Assembly (NCBI GenBank): GCA_963843375.1
Contig: CAWJKT010000010.1
Span: 1 to 64,000, forward strand
DNA from: an uncultured Pseudomonadota bacterium
GTDB taxonomy: Bacteria > Oederibacteriota > Muellerivitia > Muellerivitales > Muellerivitaceae
Direction: 5' to 3'
Length of the DNA stretch: 64,000 bases
Under the pieces are notes generated by a model that was not told the DNA's origin, did not search any database, and was given only the letters and a program-made list of their open reading frames with translations. This document shows, one piece after another, positions 23,132 through 35,028 of this stretch (position 1 is its first letter; every line of letters starts with the position of its first letter). The position numbers were made by a program, and so were the translations under genes.

Positions 23132-24814
23132 TCAGACCCGGCGACGTGGCCTCGGGCGTCGTCCCCGCCAGGTGGTGCGCCGCCCGGGCGGCCAGGGCGA
23201 CCAGGGTCAGCGTCGGCCCGTAGCCGCTCGAGGTGACGAAGACCGAGGAGTCGGCGACGACGACGTTGTCGAGCGAGTGCACCCTGCCCCAGCGGTCGAC
23301 CACCGAGGTGTCGGGGTTGTCCCCCATGCGCACCGTGCCCATGACGTGGCGGCTCTCGGGGATCGGGCGTGGCGCCCATCCCGTGGTACGAGACGCCCGG
23401 GGACGAGGTGTGGAGCACCCACTCGGCGCCCATCTCCTCCAGCACGGACTGGAGGATCTTGCCGTGGTACTTCGACGCCGCCAGCTCGTGGTGGCCCGGC
23501 TGGTACGTCACCCGGGCCACGGGAAAGCCGCGGGCGTCGCGGATGGACGGGCTCAGGTCGACCGTGTTGGTGGCGTAGGGCAGGTCCTCGCCCTGCATGA
23601 TGAAGGCCCACATGCGCTCGCGCAGGTTCGACTCGCGCATGGCCTGGGCGTGGTCGCGGCCCCAGGGCGAGTGGCGCGCCTCCATGATCGGCAGGCCTCC
23701 CCCGCTGTGCTCGACCAGGCCGCCGCGGAACCACGGGAGGCCGGCTCCGGCCGCGGCCTGCCGCGTGCGGTCGTCCTGGACCATGGCGTCGTCGTGCACG
23801 TGGGTGACGGCGCGGCCCTTGTGCGGGTGCAGCCGCATGGTCGGGAAGTGCCCGACGACGATGGTCTGGAAGTGCACCATCAGGTACTTGCCGAGCGCCG
23901 GGTGGTCCAGCCCCGAGAGGAGGAGGAGGCGCGGCGTCTCGATGGCGCCGCCCGCCACGATGACCAGCTCGGCCTCCCTGGTGTGCGTGTCGCCCGTCCC
24001 GGTCGATGAACTCGACCCCGGTCGCCCGCCGGCCCTCGGTGACGATGCGGCTCACGTAGGTCTCGGCCATCAGCTCCGCCCGCCCGGTGGCCATCGCCTT
24101 GGTCAGCAGCGCCACCGGGTCGCCCTTGGCGTGGATGGGGCAGCCGAAGAAGGCGCAGAAGCCGCAGTTGTTGCAGGCCGGGCGCCCGTCGTAGGCGATG
24201 CTGTTCGCCGCCGTCGGCGCCTCGTAGGGGTGCAGGCCGACCTTCTCGGCGGCGGCCGACGACAGCACGGCGCCGTACATCGGCGCCCCCGGCGGCATCG
24301 GGTAGGGGCCCGACCGCCAGGCGGCGAACGGGTTGGCGCCCGCCCGCGCCCGGCCACGCCGATCGCCCGCTCGACCTCCGCGTAGTACGGCTCGAGCTCG
24401 TCGTAGTCGAGGGGCCAGTCGTCGACCGCGGCGCCCTCCTGCGGCCCGTAGGTGGAGAAGAGGCCGAAGTCCTCCTCCCGAAAGCGCGGCACCTTGCCGT
24501 CGGCGTGGGTCCCGCCACCGCCGACCGTGGTGGGGATGGAGTTCACCTCGCCGACGTGCGTGTGCTCGCCCTCGTCCGCCGAGCGGCGGAAGGCCCGCGG
24601 CTCGACGAGCGGGTCGGGCCCGAGGAAGTAGCGCGAGATGAACTTGATCTCGTCGTTGGAGTAGTCGCCGGCGGGCCGGGTCAGGTCGTCGGGATCGAGC
24701 AGATGGTTGCGGCCCTTCTCCATGATGACGACGGACCAGCCGGCCCGGGTCAGCACCTCGGCCGCCGTGGCGCCCCCGGGGCCGGAGCCGATGATGATGG
24801 CGCTCGGGACTCAC
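23132..24814 (-). CDS. GMC-family oxidoreductase, frameshifted (3' end approximate)
   Basis: IIIGSGPGG, MEKG, TVGGG, YDELEPYY, CNNCGFC..GC, HVMGTVRMG, DSSVF..PTLTLVALA. Confidence 0.9.
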
Positions 24815-25375
24815 GGCTGCGACACCTCGGCGTCGCTGTAGCCGCGTGGCTGCACGTCGCCCTCGTAGTCGATGTAGGCCCACCCGACGGTGTCGCGGTT
24901 GCCCCCGTACTCGGGCGCGCCGTACATGCCCTCGCAGCAGTGCTCCCACAGGAGCTCGCAGAAGGCCTCGTCGGCGCGCAGCCGGCGGCGCTGTTCGCGT
25001 CCGTCGACCTCGGTGAAGTCGGCGCCCAGCGCGGCCAGGCCCTCCCGGTAGCGCTCCTGGAGCCCGACGACCGGCCCGTTGAACTCGCGCTCGGGCCGGC
25101 CCTGCGAGCCCTCGATCCGCATGCGCCAGGCCAGCTCGTCCAGCGGGCGACAGCGGGAGGAAGGTGGCGAAGCCGGCCACGCCGCCCTTGCGCCCCGAGG
25201 TCGGGCCGCCGGCCCAGATGCGGGGCGGGTCGAACGTGAAGGCGCCGAGGAAGCCGTCGATGTAGTCGGCCACGCCGGCCTCCTCCGCTCCCGGCGTGCC
25301 CTCGCCCGAGGGCAGCATCTGGGCGCAGGCGGCCCGCAGCGTGGCGTACTCGTGGTCGCTCAGCCAGACGGGCAT
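24811..25375 (-). CDS. Gluconate 2-dehydrogenase subunit 3-family protein, frameshifted
   Basis: PGAEEAGVADYID, EGMYGAPEYGGNRD..GW..I signature; overlaps GMC start. Confidence 0.85.
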
Positions 25376-25410
25376 CGGGCAAACGTAGCGTGGCGCGCGA
25401 CCCCGATTGC

Positions 25411-25424
25411 TGACGCTGCTGTCA
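25411..25424. promoter_or_regulatory. Operator-like site TGACGCTGCTGTCA
   Basis: TGAC-N6-GTCA (flanked C..G) about 35 bp upstream of the subunit-3/GMC operon. Confidence 0.62.
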
Positions 25425-25472
25425 GGTTCGGTTCGTGGCTGATCCGTCCCTGCCAGGCTGCGGGAACCGGGT

Positions 25473-25766
25473 TCAGGGCTTGAAGGCGCAGCCGTCCCAG
25501 TAGGAGACCAGCCGGCGTCGGAAGTCGTCCCCCGCAGCTCGATGGTCAGGACGTGAGGGCCGGCCTCCGGATCGCCGCAGTAGCGGACCGTCAGGTCACC
25601 GGCGGGCAGCTCCACGAACGCGACCGGCGTCGCGCGGCGCCTCGGTCGTCGTGTCGAGGAGCGTCAGCGGGCCGGCGCAGCAGCGGTGCGAGTGGGAGCG
25701 CACGTAGACGATGCCGCCGCGCCCGGCGGCGAACGTCCTGGCCTCGGGCGATACGACGACGTCCAT
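25473..25766 (-). CDS. Small CC-motif hypothetical protein, frameshifted and not represented as one ORF in the track
   Basis: Manual translation MDVVVSPEARTFAAGRGGIVYVRSHSHRCCAGPL..VELPAGDLTVRYC..LVSYWDGCAFKP*. Confidence 0.6.
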
Positions 25767-25811
25767 CGGCACCAGCGTACGGCGTCCGATCTCCGTGGGC
25801 GCCGTCGGACG

Positions 25812-26931
25812 TCAGGCGCGTCGGGTCGATTCGGAGTCGGGTCCGCGTCCGGGTCGCGCCCGTCGCCGTGGTGGTGCGGCACCGCACCGACCCGGTGGGC
25901 GAACCACAGCAGGGCGCGCTCACTCTCGTCGAGGACCTCGCTGACCAGGTTGCCCGTCTCGCTCGCCCCGAGGTCGACCAGGCGGCACCAGTTGACGAGC
26001 AGCGCGGAACCCGGGGCCCCGGTAGTGGCGCCCCGCCATCCGGAGCGGGACGACGGGCATGCGCAGGGCCCAGGCCACGAGGCCGCCGGCGATCTCGGGG
26101 AAGGCGGCCCGGTGCCGCGAGATGTCCGAGTAGTGCCCGGTGACGACATCGGCCATGTTCTCCAGCGCCTCGGAGCCCGGCTCGAAGTAGCGCGAGTGCG
26201 CCGCCACCGGCGGATGGTCCGGCGCGTTCGTGCTCATCCGGGTGCCGCCGAACTTCGGCGAGGCCGGGGCCGCCCCGAAGACGCCGAGCTCGGCGATGGC
26301 GTCGCCCGGCGCCTGCTCGGCAGAAGAAGTGCGACTGCTCGAGGTGGAGCTGGCGCAGGTCGTCGACCGTCATGCCCGGGCTGCCCGGCCACCACGACGT
26401 CGGTGACCACCAGCCCGGCATCGGCCAAGGCGGCCCCGGTGACGATCGACCCGAAGCTGTGGGCGATCACGGTCAGCGTCTGCTGCGGGCTCCAGGGACA
26501 GCGAGGCGACGAACTCGGTCAGGTCGTGGGCGGCCGTCGCCAGGTCGTCGGTGCACTCGATCGACCCCGCCGCCGCGGCCAGGACGTCGGCCGGGTTGTC
26601 GTAGCCCTTCCACAAGCACGACGGCGGTCGAGGCGCTCGCCTCGTAGAGGTTGCGCGGCATCGGGGATCCAGTCGTCGCACAGGTTCGACCCGTCACCCA
26701 CGCCGGGAACGAACACCGCGACGTGCTCGGCGGTCTCGAGATCGCCGAAGAGGAGCGCGTAGTGCTGCAGCTGGGGGCGGTAGACCAGGATGTCGGCCCC
26801 GCGACGACAGGAGTCGTCTCGAGCAGGGTGATCCGGTCTTCGTCGTCGTCCTCGGTGGCGCCGGCGAGATCCATCTTCGCCGCGGCAAGGTTGCTGGCGG
26901 CCCGACGGGACAACAACTCCTTTCCGCGCAT
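25812..26931 (-). CDS. Alpha/beta hydrolase (DUF1023/Abhydrolase_8-like), frameshifted
   Basis: GDLETAEHVAVFVPG, WKGYDNP, AHSFGS nucleophile elbow, DAIA, AHSRYF. Confidence 0.8.
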
Positions 26932-27016
26932 GGAACAGGTTACGCCGCGCCCACGAGCACCTCGGGCATCGTCGCGCTGCCGGCCCGCGGCGGGCGTGCA
27001 GCGCGACGCCGGTCCG

Positions 27017-28163
27017 CTACCGCGGGCAGGCCCAGGATCCGCCCGGCGATGATGTCGCGCTGCACCTGTGACGTCCCGCCGGCGATGCCGGCCGCCTTGC
27101 TCCACAGCCACTGGCGCGCCCACGGCCCCGCCTCGGCGGACGTCGGGTCGCGTCCGGTGACGAGCAGCGCCGCGTCCGAGAGGCCCTGCGTCATGGTCGT
27201 CCACGTGAGCTTGACCCAGCTCGACTCGGGACCCGGCTCCTCGCCCGCGCCCGAGCCGGGTGAGCGTGCGCAGGTTGTGCAGGCGCAGCACGTTGAGATC
27301 GATGTACGCCTGCGCCAGCGCGTCGGCGACCAGCGGGTCGTCCAGCGAGCCGTTGCGCGCGCGCCTCCTCGTAGAGCCGGGCCAGGTAGGCCTCGTGGAC
27401 GACCTGCTCCTTGAACGGGAAGTTCGTCCCGCGCTCGTGGGCCAGCGTGGAGCCGGCCACGGTCCACCCCTGGCCCTCGATCCCCACCACGTGCTCCGCC
27501 GGCACGAAGACGTCGGTCAGGAAGACCTCGTTGAACTCGGCGTCGCCGGTCATCTGCACCAGCGGGCGCACGTCGACGCCGGGGTCGGACATGTCGACGA
27601 TCAGCGCGGTGATCCCCTGCTGGGGCCGCGGCGCGTCGGCATCGGTGCGCGCCAGGCACAGGCCCCAGGAGGCGAACTGGGCGTAGGACGTCCAGACCTT
27701 GCGGCCCGTGACCTCGAAGCCCCCCTCGACCGGCGTCGGCCCGCGTGGAGAGCGAGGCCAGGTCGCTCCCGGCGTCGGGCTCGCTGAAGAGCTGGCACCA
27801 GATCTCCTCGGCCGAGAGGATCGGCGGCAGGTAGCGCAGGCGCTGGTCCTCGGTGCCGTGGGCCAGCAGCGTCGGGCCCACCAGGTTGATGCCCACCCGG
27901 TTCACCGGCTGGGGGGCCTGGGCGCGGGCGTACTCGCTCTGGTACAGCGCGACCTGCACCGGCGTGGCGCTGCGCCCGCCGTAGGAGCTGGGCCAGTGCA
28001 CACCGACCCAGCGGTCGGCGGCCAGGGTGGCCTGCCACTCCCGGCCCCAGGCCACCTCGTCGGCCAGGTCGACGAAGGCGGGCGGGCGGCGCAGGTGCTC
28101 GGCCAGCCACTCCCGGAAGGAGGCGGCGAACTCCTCGTCCTCTTTCTTCAGCGCGAGATCCAC
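27017..28163 (-). CDS. Acyl-CoA dehydrogenase (catalytic-type subunit), frameshifted
   Basis: WCQLFSEPDAGSDLA, GRKVWTS, FNEVFL, LAHERG, IAGGTSQVQR..ILGLP. Confidence 0.93.
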
Positions 28164-28185
28164 GCCGGCTCCCTGCGACGCACTC

Positions 28186-28199
28186 TGACATCGGCGTCA
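28186..28199. promoter_or_regulatory. Operator-like site TGACATCGGCGTCA
   Basis: TGAC-N6-GTCA between the divergent ACAD and CoA ligase. Confidence 0.7.
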
Positions 28200-28230
28200 C
28201 GTTACCGGGGCCCGGGTATGGTGCCCTGCC

Positions 28231-29783
28231 GTGACGGCCCGCCTCCGACCGACCTGGGTACCCGAGCAGGCCCGCCGCTACCGCCGGCCCGGCGGGCCCT
28301 GGGACGTGCCGACCCTGGACGCCCTGCTCGCCGCGCACGGCGGCGAGGTGGTCGACGGCGCCACCCGGCTCTCGGCGACCGAGGCCGATGCGCTCGTGGC
28401 CACGGTCGCGGGCGGCCTCCGGGAGCGAGGCGTCCGGCGGGGCGAGGCCGTGGCGTGGCAGGTCCCCAACAGCCTGGCCGCCGCCGTCCTGACCCGGGCC
28501 TGCTGGCGCATCGGGGCCGTGGCGGCGCCGGTCCTGCACTCGTTCGGCGCGGCGGACGTCGAGGCGGCCCTCGGCCAGATCGACCCCGCGCTGGTCCTGG
28601 AGCTCGGACCCGAGGCGATCTCCGACCCCGCCGCGCTCGCCGATGCCGTCGGAGGCGCCCCGGTGCCTTCCGGCGCCTTTCCCAGCCGGCCCTCCGACGT
28701 CGCCCTGGTCCTGTTCACCTCGGGCTCGACCGGGGTCCCCAAGGCCGTGCTGCACACGCAGCGCGGCCTGAGCTGGAAGGCCTCGTTGATGGCGCGGGTG
28801 CACGGCCTCGGCCCGGCCGACGCGGTGCTGATGCCGGCGCCGATGGCCCACATCTCGGGGCTGCTCAACGGGGTCCTGGTGCCGGGCGCCGCCGGCCTGC
28901 GCTCGGTCCTCGTCCGCCGCTTCGACCCCGAGCAGGCACTGGCATTGGTGGCGCGCGAGCGCATCTCCTTCCTGGCGGGCCCGCCGACCTTCTTCATCGC
29001 CATGGCCCGCGCCCTGGCCGAGGGGCCGGGCACCGACGTGTCGTCGGTACGTCTGGTGTCCAGCGGCGGCGCCTCGGTGACGCCGGCCTTCGTGGAGGAC
29101 ACGGCGCGCACGTTCGACTGCCGCGTCAAGCGCACGTACGGCTCGACCGAGGCGCCGACGGTCACCACGAGCACCGACGACGACCCGTTCGAGAAGGCCC
29201 GCGACACCGACGGGCGCGCCGTCGGCGCGGTCGAGCTCCGGGTGTCGGACCCCGAGACGGGCGCCCGCTGCGCCACCGGAACGCCGGGCGAGCTGTGGGT
29301 GCGCGGCCCCGAGATGTTCGCCGGCTACGCCGACGCGGCGCAGACCGGCACCGTGATCGCGCGGGGCGGCTGGTTCCGCACGGGCGACCTGGCCACGGTC
29401 GACGCGCGACGGCTGGGTGCGCATCGTCGGCCGGCTCAAGGACGTGATCATCCGCGGCGGCGAGAACATCTCGGCCTCCGAGGTCGAGGCGGCGCTCGAG
29501 GCGCACCCCGACGATCCGCCACGCGGTGGCCGTCGGCTATCCCGACCCGCTGATGGGCGAGCGGGTCGCCGCCTTCGTCGAGTCCGCCGCACCCTTCGAC
29601 CTCGAGGAGTGCCGGCGGTGGTTCGCCGGCCGCGGCATGGCCGTCTTCAAGACGCCCGAGAGGGTCGAACGGCTGGACCATCTGCCGTTGCTCGGCTCGG
29701 GCAAGCCAGACCGCGCCGCGCTGCAGCGCCGGGCCGCCGCCGCTGACCTGGATCCGCTACCCGCGCCGGAGGCCGCGCACTAG
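28231..29783 (+). CDS. Acyl-CoA synthetase (AMP-binding), frameshifted
   Basis: [42 protein letters not shown]. Confidence 0.93.
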
Positions 29784-29791
29784 CTTTGGCC

Positions 29792-30453
29792 GTGCCTCGC
29801 CGCAACCTGATTCCCTTCGTGTTGCTGGCCGTCCTCAGCGTGGGCGCGCTCGGTTTCGCCGTGCTGGGCGCGTCGTCGGCCCCGAGCGGGGCGACGCTCA
29901 CCGTGCAGAACGCGTCGGTCCGGACCTTCGGCACGCCCACCGGGTCGACGTCCTTCGCCATGGACGTCGTCAACGCCGTCACCGCCGGCGGGTCGAGGAG
30001 CGACGAGACAGCCAGGTACGCCAGGTCGACTACAAGCCCCCGGACCGCATGGCCGTGTACCAGGAGGTCGGCTCCAGCTTGAAGCTCATCAGGCGTCCTC
30101 GACCCCGCCGCCATCACCTGCACCCTGAGCACGTACACGGCCATCGTCGGCGGCTCCACGCCGTGGACGGCGAGCGGGCGGCCTACGTGCGGACCGAGAC
30201 GCTGGCGGCCTACGACGCCCGGGTGCCCGTCGCGGCGGGCACCACGTGCGTGCCCCGGCCGACGCACCGTGCAGGGCACGGTCCAGGAGAAGGCCGCCGT
30301 GCGGTGCGGGCTACCTCGTCGGCGTCCGCCTGACCGTCGTCGTGCCGCCCCAGAAGCTGGCCAACGGGCAGCCGGCGCCTCAGCGGGGCCGAGAACCAGG
30401 CGCTGGTCCTGCTCGAGATCGACGGCACCCGTACGGCCGCACTGGGCTCGTAA
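29792..30453 (+). CDS. Membrane-anchored or secreted hypothetical protein, frameshifted
   Basis: N-terminal hydrophobic helix PRRNLIPFVLLAVLSVGALGFAVLGA; GC3-rich frames continue to TAA near 30453. Confidence 0.5.
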
Positions 30454-30469
30454 CGCGCCGGCGGGCTCG

Positions 30470-31633
30470 TCAGGAAAGGGCCTGGCCCGCCTCGAGCCGG
30501 GCGCGCAGCAGCGTGGCGATGCGGTCGCGGTGCGCCGCGGCGTCGCCGTAGCTCACCTGGTCGAGCTGCGCCCGCTTCAGGTAGAGGTGCATGTCGTGCT
30601 CCCAGGTGAAGCCGATGCCGCCGTGCACCTGGAGCCCCGCCGCCATGACGCGGCGCGACGCATCCGAGCACCAGGCCTTGGCCATGCTGGCCGACAGCGA
30701 GCGCTCCGGGTCGCCGGCGGCCGCGCACCAGGCGGCGTAGTACGCGGTCGAGCGCATCCCCTCCACGTCGACCAGCGCGTCGGCCAGCATGTGCTTGACG
30801 GCCTGGAACGAGCCGATGGGCTTGCCGAACTGCACCCGGTCCTTGGCGTACTGGACGGTGTCCGCCAGCACGTGGTCGGCGGCACCGAGCATCTCCGCGC
30901 TGGCCAGCGTGGCGGCCCGGTCGACGAGCAGCGCCGCTGCCTCCTCGCCGCCGAGGAACAGCGCCGGCGTGCCGTCGAAGGCCAGGACGCCGAGCTCGCG
31001 CGTGCGGTCCATGGCGGACAGCGGCGCCGGGCCGGCCCGCGCGTGCGCAGGTCGACCCCGTAGACAGCGCCCGCGGCCAGTACCACGGCGACATCGGCCG
31101 AGGGCGCGTAGGCGACCGGGCGGCGTCTTCGCCGCTCAGGCGCACCTGGCCCTGCGGCCCCGACGACGGTCAGGCTGCTCGGGACCCGGCGCGGCGGCGA
31201 CGCAGCCCACCGCGGCGCCCTCGCCCAGCGCCTCCCGCCAGTCCTTCGTCCCGACGTCGGCCCGCGCCTCGTCCCCGCACAGCGCGCCGAGCGCCACGAT
31301 GGTGGGGAGGAACGGCGCGGCCACCAGCCGGCGCCCGATCTCCTCGCACAGCACGGCCAGCTCCACCATGCCCAGCCCCAGGCCGCCCTCGTCCTCGGGC
31401 AGCTCGATCGCCAGCCACCCCTGCTCCGCCATGGCGGACCACACGGCGTCGTCGTAGCCCCGCGGCGCGTCCGCCGCGGTCTCACCGGAGGCAGCGCCGG
31501 CTCCGGGCAGTGTGCCGACGATCGCCCCGGTCCCGACGCGGGCCCGGAGGGCGTCGGACCCGGCCATCCCGTCGAGGAGGGACGCCGCGGCATCGCGCAG
31601 GGCCTGCTGGTCGGCTGAGAGGTCGAAGTCCAC
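30470..31633 (-). CDS. Acyl-CoA dehydrogenase (partner-type subunit), frameshifted
   Basis: DFDLSADQ, RVQFGKPIGSFQAVKH, QVHGGIGFTWEHDMHLYLKRA. Confidence 0.92.
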
Positions 31634-31657
31634 GGCGGCGCAGTCTACGGTGGCCAC

Positions 31658-31671
31658 TGACACGGGTGTCA
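31658..31671. promoter_or_regulatory. Operator-like palindrome TGACACGGGTGTCA
   Basis: 6-bp perfect arms, located in the 70-bp gap between divergent ACAD genes. Confidence 0.75.
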
Positions 31672-31703
31672 CCTCGCGCGGCGGCTGTGCCATGCTGCGG
31701 CCG

Positions 31704-32882
31704 ATGGATCTGCACGCCACGGCCGAGCAGGAGTCGCTGCGGGCGTCGTTCCGGGCCTGGCTCATGGAGCACCTGCCGTGGCCCTACGGCGTCGGGCTCC
31801 CGCCCCGCTTCGACGACCTGGCCGAGACGGTCGCCTTCGGGCGGCGCTGGCAGGGAGAGCTGGCGGCCGACGGCTGGGTCGGCCTCACCTGGCCCGAGGA
31901 ATACGGCGGCCGCGGCCTGGGGGCGCTCGAGAACTACGTGGTGATCGAGGAGCTGGCCCGGGCCCGGGCGCCCGAGCTGGTGGGCCGCATCGGCATCAAC
32001 CTGGTCGGCCCCACCCTGCTGGCCCACGGGACACCCGAGCAGAAGGAGCGCTTCCTCCCCCGGATCCTCTCGGCGTCCGAGCTGTGGTGCCAGCTCTTCA
32101 GCGAGCCCGACGCCGGGAGCGACCTGGCCTCGCTCACCACCCGCGCCGTTCCCGTCGAGGGCGGCTACCGGGTCAGCGGGCGCAAGGTCTGGACCTCCTA
32201 CGCCCAGTTCGCCGACTGGGGCCTCTGCCTCACGCGGAGCGACCCCACCGCACCGAAGCGCCAGCAGGGCATCACCGCGCTCGTCATCGACATGCACGCC
32301 GAGGGCGTCGTGGTGCACCCGCTCGTGCAGTCGACCGGCGAAGCCGAGTTCAACGAGGTCGAGCTGGACGACGTCTTCGTGCCCGACGACCGACGTGTCG
32401 GCCCCGAGGGCGAGGGGTGGGGCGTCGCCGGGTCCACGCTGGCCCACGAGCGCGGCATCAACCCCCGCCAGCTGGTGATCCACACGCAGCTCATTGAGGA
32501 GCTGCTCCGCCTGGCCGAGGCCAACGGGAGCTTCGACGATTGGCGCCTGCGCCAGTCCCTGGCGCAGGCCGCCACCGAGGTGCGGCTCTTCCAACTGCAC
32601 AATTGGCGCTCGCTGACCCGCCTCTCCAAGGGCGAGGCGCCCGGCCCCGAGGGCAGCGCCCTCAAGCTCTACTGGAGCGAGATGTCCAAGCGGCTGCACC
32701 AGACCGCGCTCGACGTGCTGGGCCCGGCCTCCCCCTTGTGGGAGGGGGCGGAGGGCAACCCCGCCGACGGCGCCTGGCAGCGTTCGTGGCTGTATTACCA
32801 GGCATCGTCCATCTTCGCCGGGACCAACGAGATCCAGCGCACGCTGGTGGGCGAGCGGGTCCTCGGGCTCCCCCGGGGTTGA
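31704..32882 (+). CDS. Acyl-CoA dehydrogenase (catalytic-type subunit)
   Basis: WCQLFSEPDAGSDLAS, FNEV, LAHERG, SIFAGTNEIQR..VLGLP. Confidence 0.95.
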   Translation: MDLHATAEQESLRASFRAWLMEHLPWPYGVGLPPRFDDLAETVAFGRRWQGELAADGWVGLTWPEEYGGRGLGALENYVVIEELARARAPELVGRIGINLVGPTLLAHGTPEQKERFLPRILSASELWCQLFSEPDAGSDLASLTTRAVPVEGGYRVSGRKVWTSYAQFADWGLCLTRSDPTAPKRQQGITALVIDMHAEGVVVHPLVQSTGEAEFNEVELDDVFVPDDRRVGPEGEGWGVAGSTLAHERGINPRQLVIHTQLIEELLRLAEANGSFDDWRLRQSLAQAATEVRLFQLHNWRSLTRLSKGEAPGPEGSALKLYWSEMSKRLHQTALDVLGPASPLWEGAEGNPADGAWQRSWLYYQASSIFAGTNEIQRTLVGERVLGLPRG

Positions 32883-32939
32883 GCGTCACCGGGCGGCGCG
32901 CGGCACGGCAGGATGGGCGACCGAGCAAGGATGGGTGAG

Positions 32940-33783
32940 ATGGCAGAGAACTTCGAGACGATCCTCTACGTGGTCGATGGTGCCGTGGCCACCATCACCA
33001 TGAACCGGCCGGACATGGCCAACGCGCAGGACTCGACGCTCATTGACGAGCTCGATGCCGCCTTCGACCTGGCCGACGCGGACGACGCGGTCCGGGTCGT
33101 GATCCTGGCCGGTGCGGGCAAGCACTTCTCCTCGGGCCATGACCTCAAGGCACTGGTCAGCGGTGACGGGTCCGACCCCTGGGTCGCCCTGCGGGAGACG
33201 CCCGAAGGCAAGTTCCAGCACGAGAAGACGATGTACTACGACCGCTGCATGCGCATCCACGACTTCCGCAAGCCGACCATCGCCGCCGTGCAGGGCAGCT
33301 GCGTTGCGGCCGGTCTGATGCTGGCGGCCATGTGCGACCTCATCGTCGCCGCCGACGACGCCGAGTTCTCCAACCCGGTCCTGCGCCTGACGGGGGCCGG
33401 CGTCGAGCTGCTGGTCGAGCCCTGGGAGCTCGGCATCCGCAAGGCGAAGGAGTTCCTGCTCACCGGCGACACCATCGACGCGCAGGAGGCCTGGCGCCTG
33501 GGGCTGGTCAACCGGGTGGTCCCCCGGCAACGAGCTCGAGACGAAGACGCGGGAGCTGGCGGACAGGATCGCCCTCGTCCCCCCGGTCACGGCCCAGACG
33601 GTCAAGGACAGCCTCAACCAGACCGGCACGCTCATGGGCAAGCGCGACGCGCTCAAGTACCACTTCATGGCCCACCACTGGGTGCACAACTCGGCCACCG
33701 CGCTCAACGCGCTCGCCGCCCGCAAGGCCAAGGGCTCCATGCGCGAGGTCATGGCCGAGCGCGACAAGGGTCACCCGGAATGA
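32940..33783 (+). CDS. Enoyl-CoA hydratase/crotonase family, one frameshift
   Basis: TITMNRP..NA, HFSSGHD, KPTIAAVQG..AAG, CDLIVA, GLVNRVVP. Confidence 0.92.
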
Positions 33784-34992
33784 GCGACCCGTCCCAGGGG
33801 CCGCTGGCCGGCATCCGGGTGATCGATGTCGGGACGCGGATCTCCGCACCGTTCTGCGCCGGGCTGCTCGGCGAGCTCGGCGCCGACGTCATCAAGGTCG
33901 AGCTGCCGGGCGAGGGTGACTTCATGCGCACGATCGGCCCGTTCGTCCCGGTGGAGGACGGCCCCGACTACTCGTTGTTCTGGGCCGTGGAGGGCCGGGG
34001 CCGGCGCGGCGTCACCTGCGACCTGCGCAAGCCCGAGGGCAAGGAGCTCTTCAAGCGCCTGGTGGCGACGGCGGACGTCCTGTGCGAGAACTTCCGCCCC
34101 GGCACCATGGAGCGCTGGGGTCTCGGCCCGGCCGACCTGCCCGACGAGCTCGTCTACGTGCGCATCAGCGTCTTCGGGCAGACCGGGCCCTACGCCCCGC
34201 GCCCGGGGTTGGACCGGCTCGGGCATCGCCTTCGGCGGGCTCCTCAACCTCACGGGCGATCCCGATCGCCCGCCCGTGCGGCCCGGCGTCACCGTCTCGG
34301 ACTACCTCACCGGCACCTTCGCCGCCTTCGCGGCGGTCGCCGCGCTGTACGGCCGGGACCAGGCAGGCCACGGGGGCGACGTCATCGACGCGCCGCTCTA
34401 CGGCTCCATCCTGCGCATTCTGGAGTGGACGCTGGCGGGGTACGACAAGCTGGGCATTGTGCGCCAGCGCGAGGGCAACCGGCTCTCGACCTCGGCCCCG
34501 CTCGACAACTACCCGACGGCGGACGGCCACTTCATCTGCATTGTGGCGGGCTCGGACGCCAACTTCCATCGCCTGTGCACGGCCATGGACCGGCCGGACC
34601 TGATCGAGGACCCCCGTTTTCTCACGCTGGCCGAGCGGGCGTCCCGCAGCGGCGAGATCAACGGCATCGTGGCCGACTGGACCTCGAGCCTTCCCGCCGA
34701 GGAGATCACGGCCCGCTGCGTCGAGCACGACGTCCCGGTCGGCACCGCCTACAGCGCCGCCGACATCTTCGCCGACCCGCACATGGCCGCCCGCGGCGAC
34801 CTCGTGGCCGTCGACGATCCGGTCATCGGGCCGGTCCGCCAGCAGGCGCCGTTTCCCCGCCTCGCCAACAGCCCGGCCGCCGTCCCGCGTGGCGCACCAC
34901 GGCTCGGCGAGCACAACCGCGAGGTCTGGTGCGACCTGGTGGGCCTCAGCGACGACGAGCTGGCCGACCTGGACTCCCGCGGCGTGATCTGA
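33780..34992 (+). CDS. CaiB/BaiF (family III) CoA-transferase, one frameshift
   Basis: GPLAGIRVID, LGADVIKVE, ENFRPG, FGQTGP, SDYLTG, APRLGEHN. Confidence 0.93.
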
Positions 34993-35028
34993 GCCTCGAG
35001 CGGCCACGCAGAGACGTCGGACCGGGTG

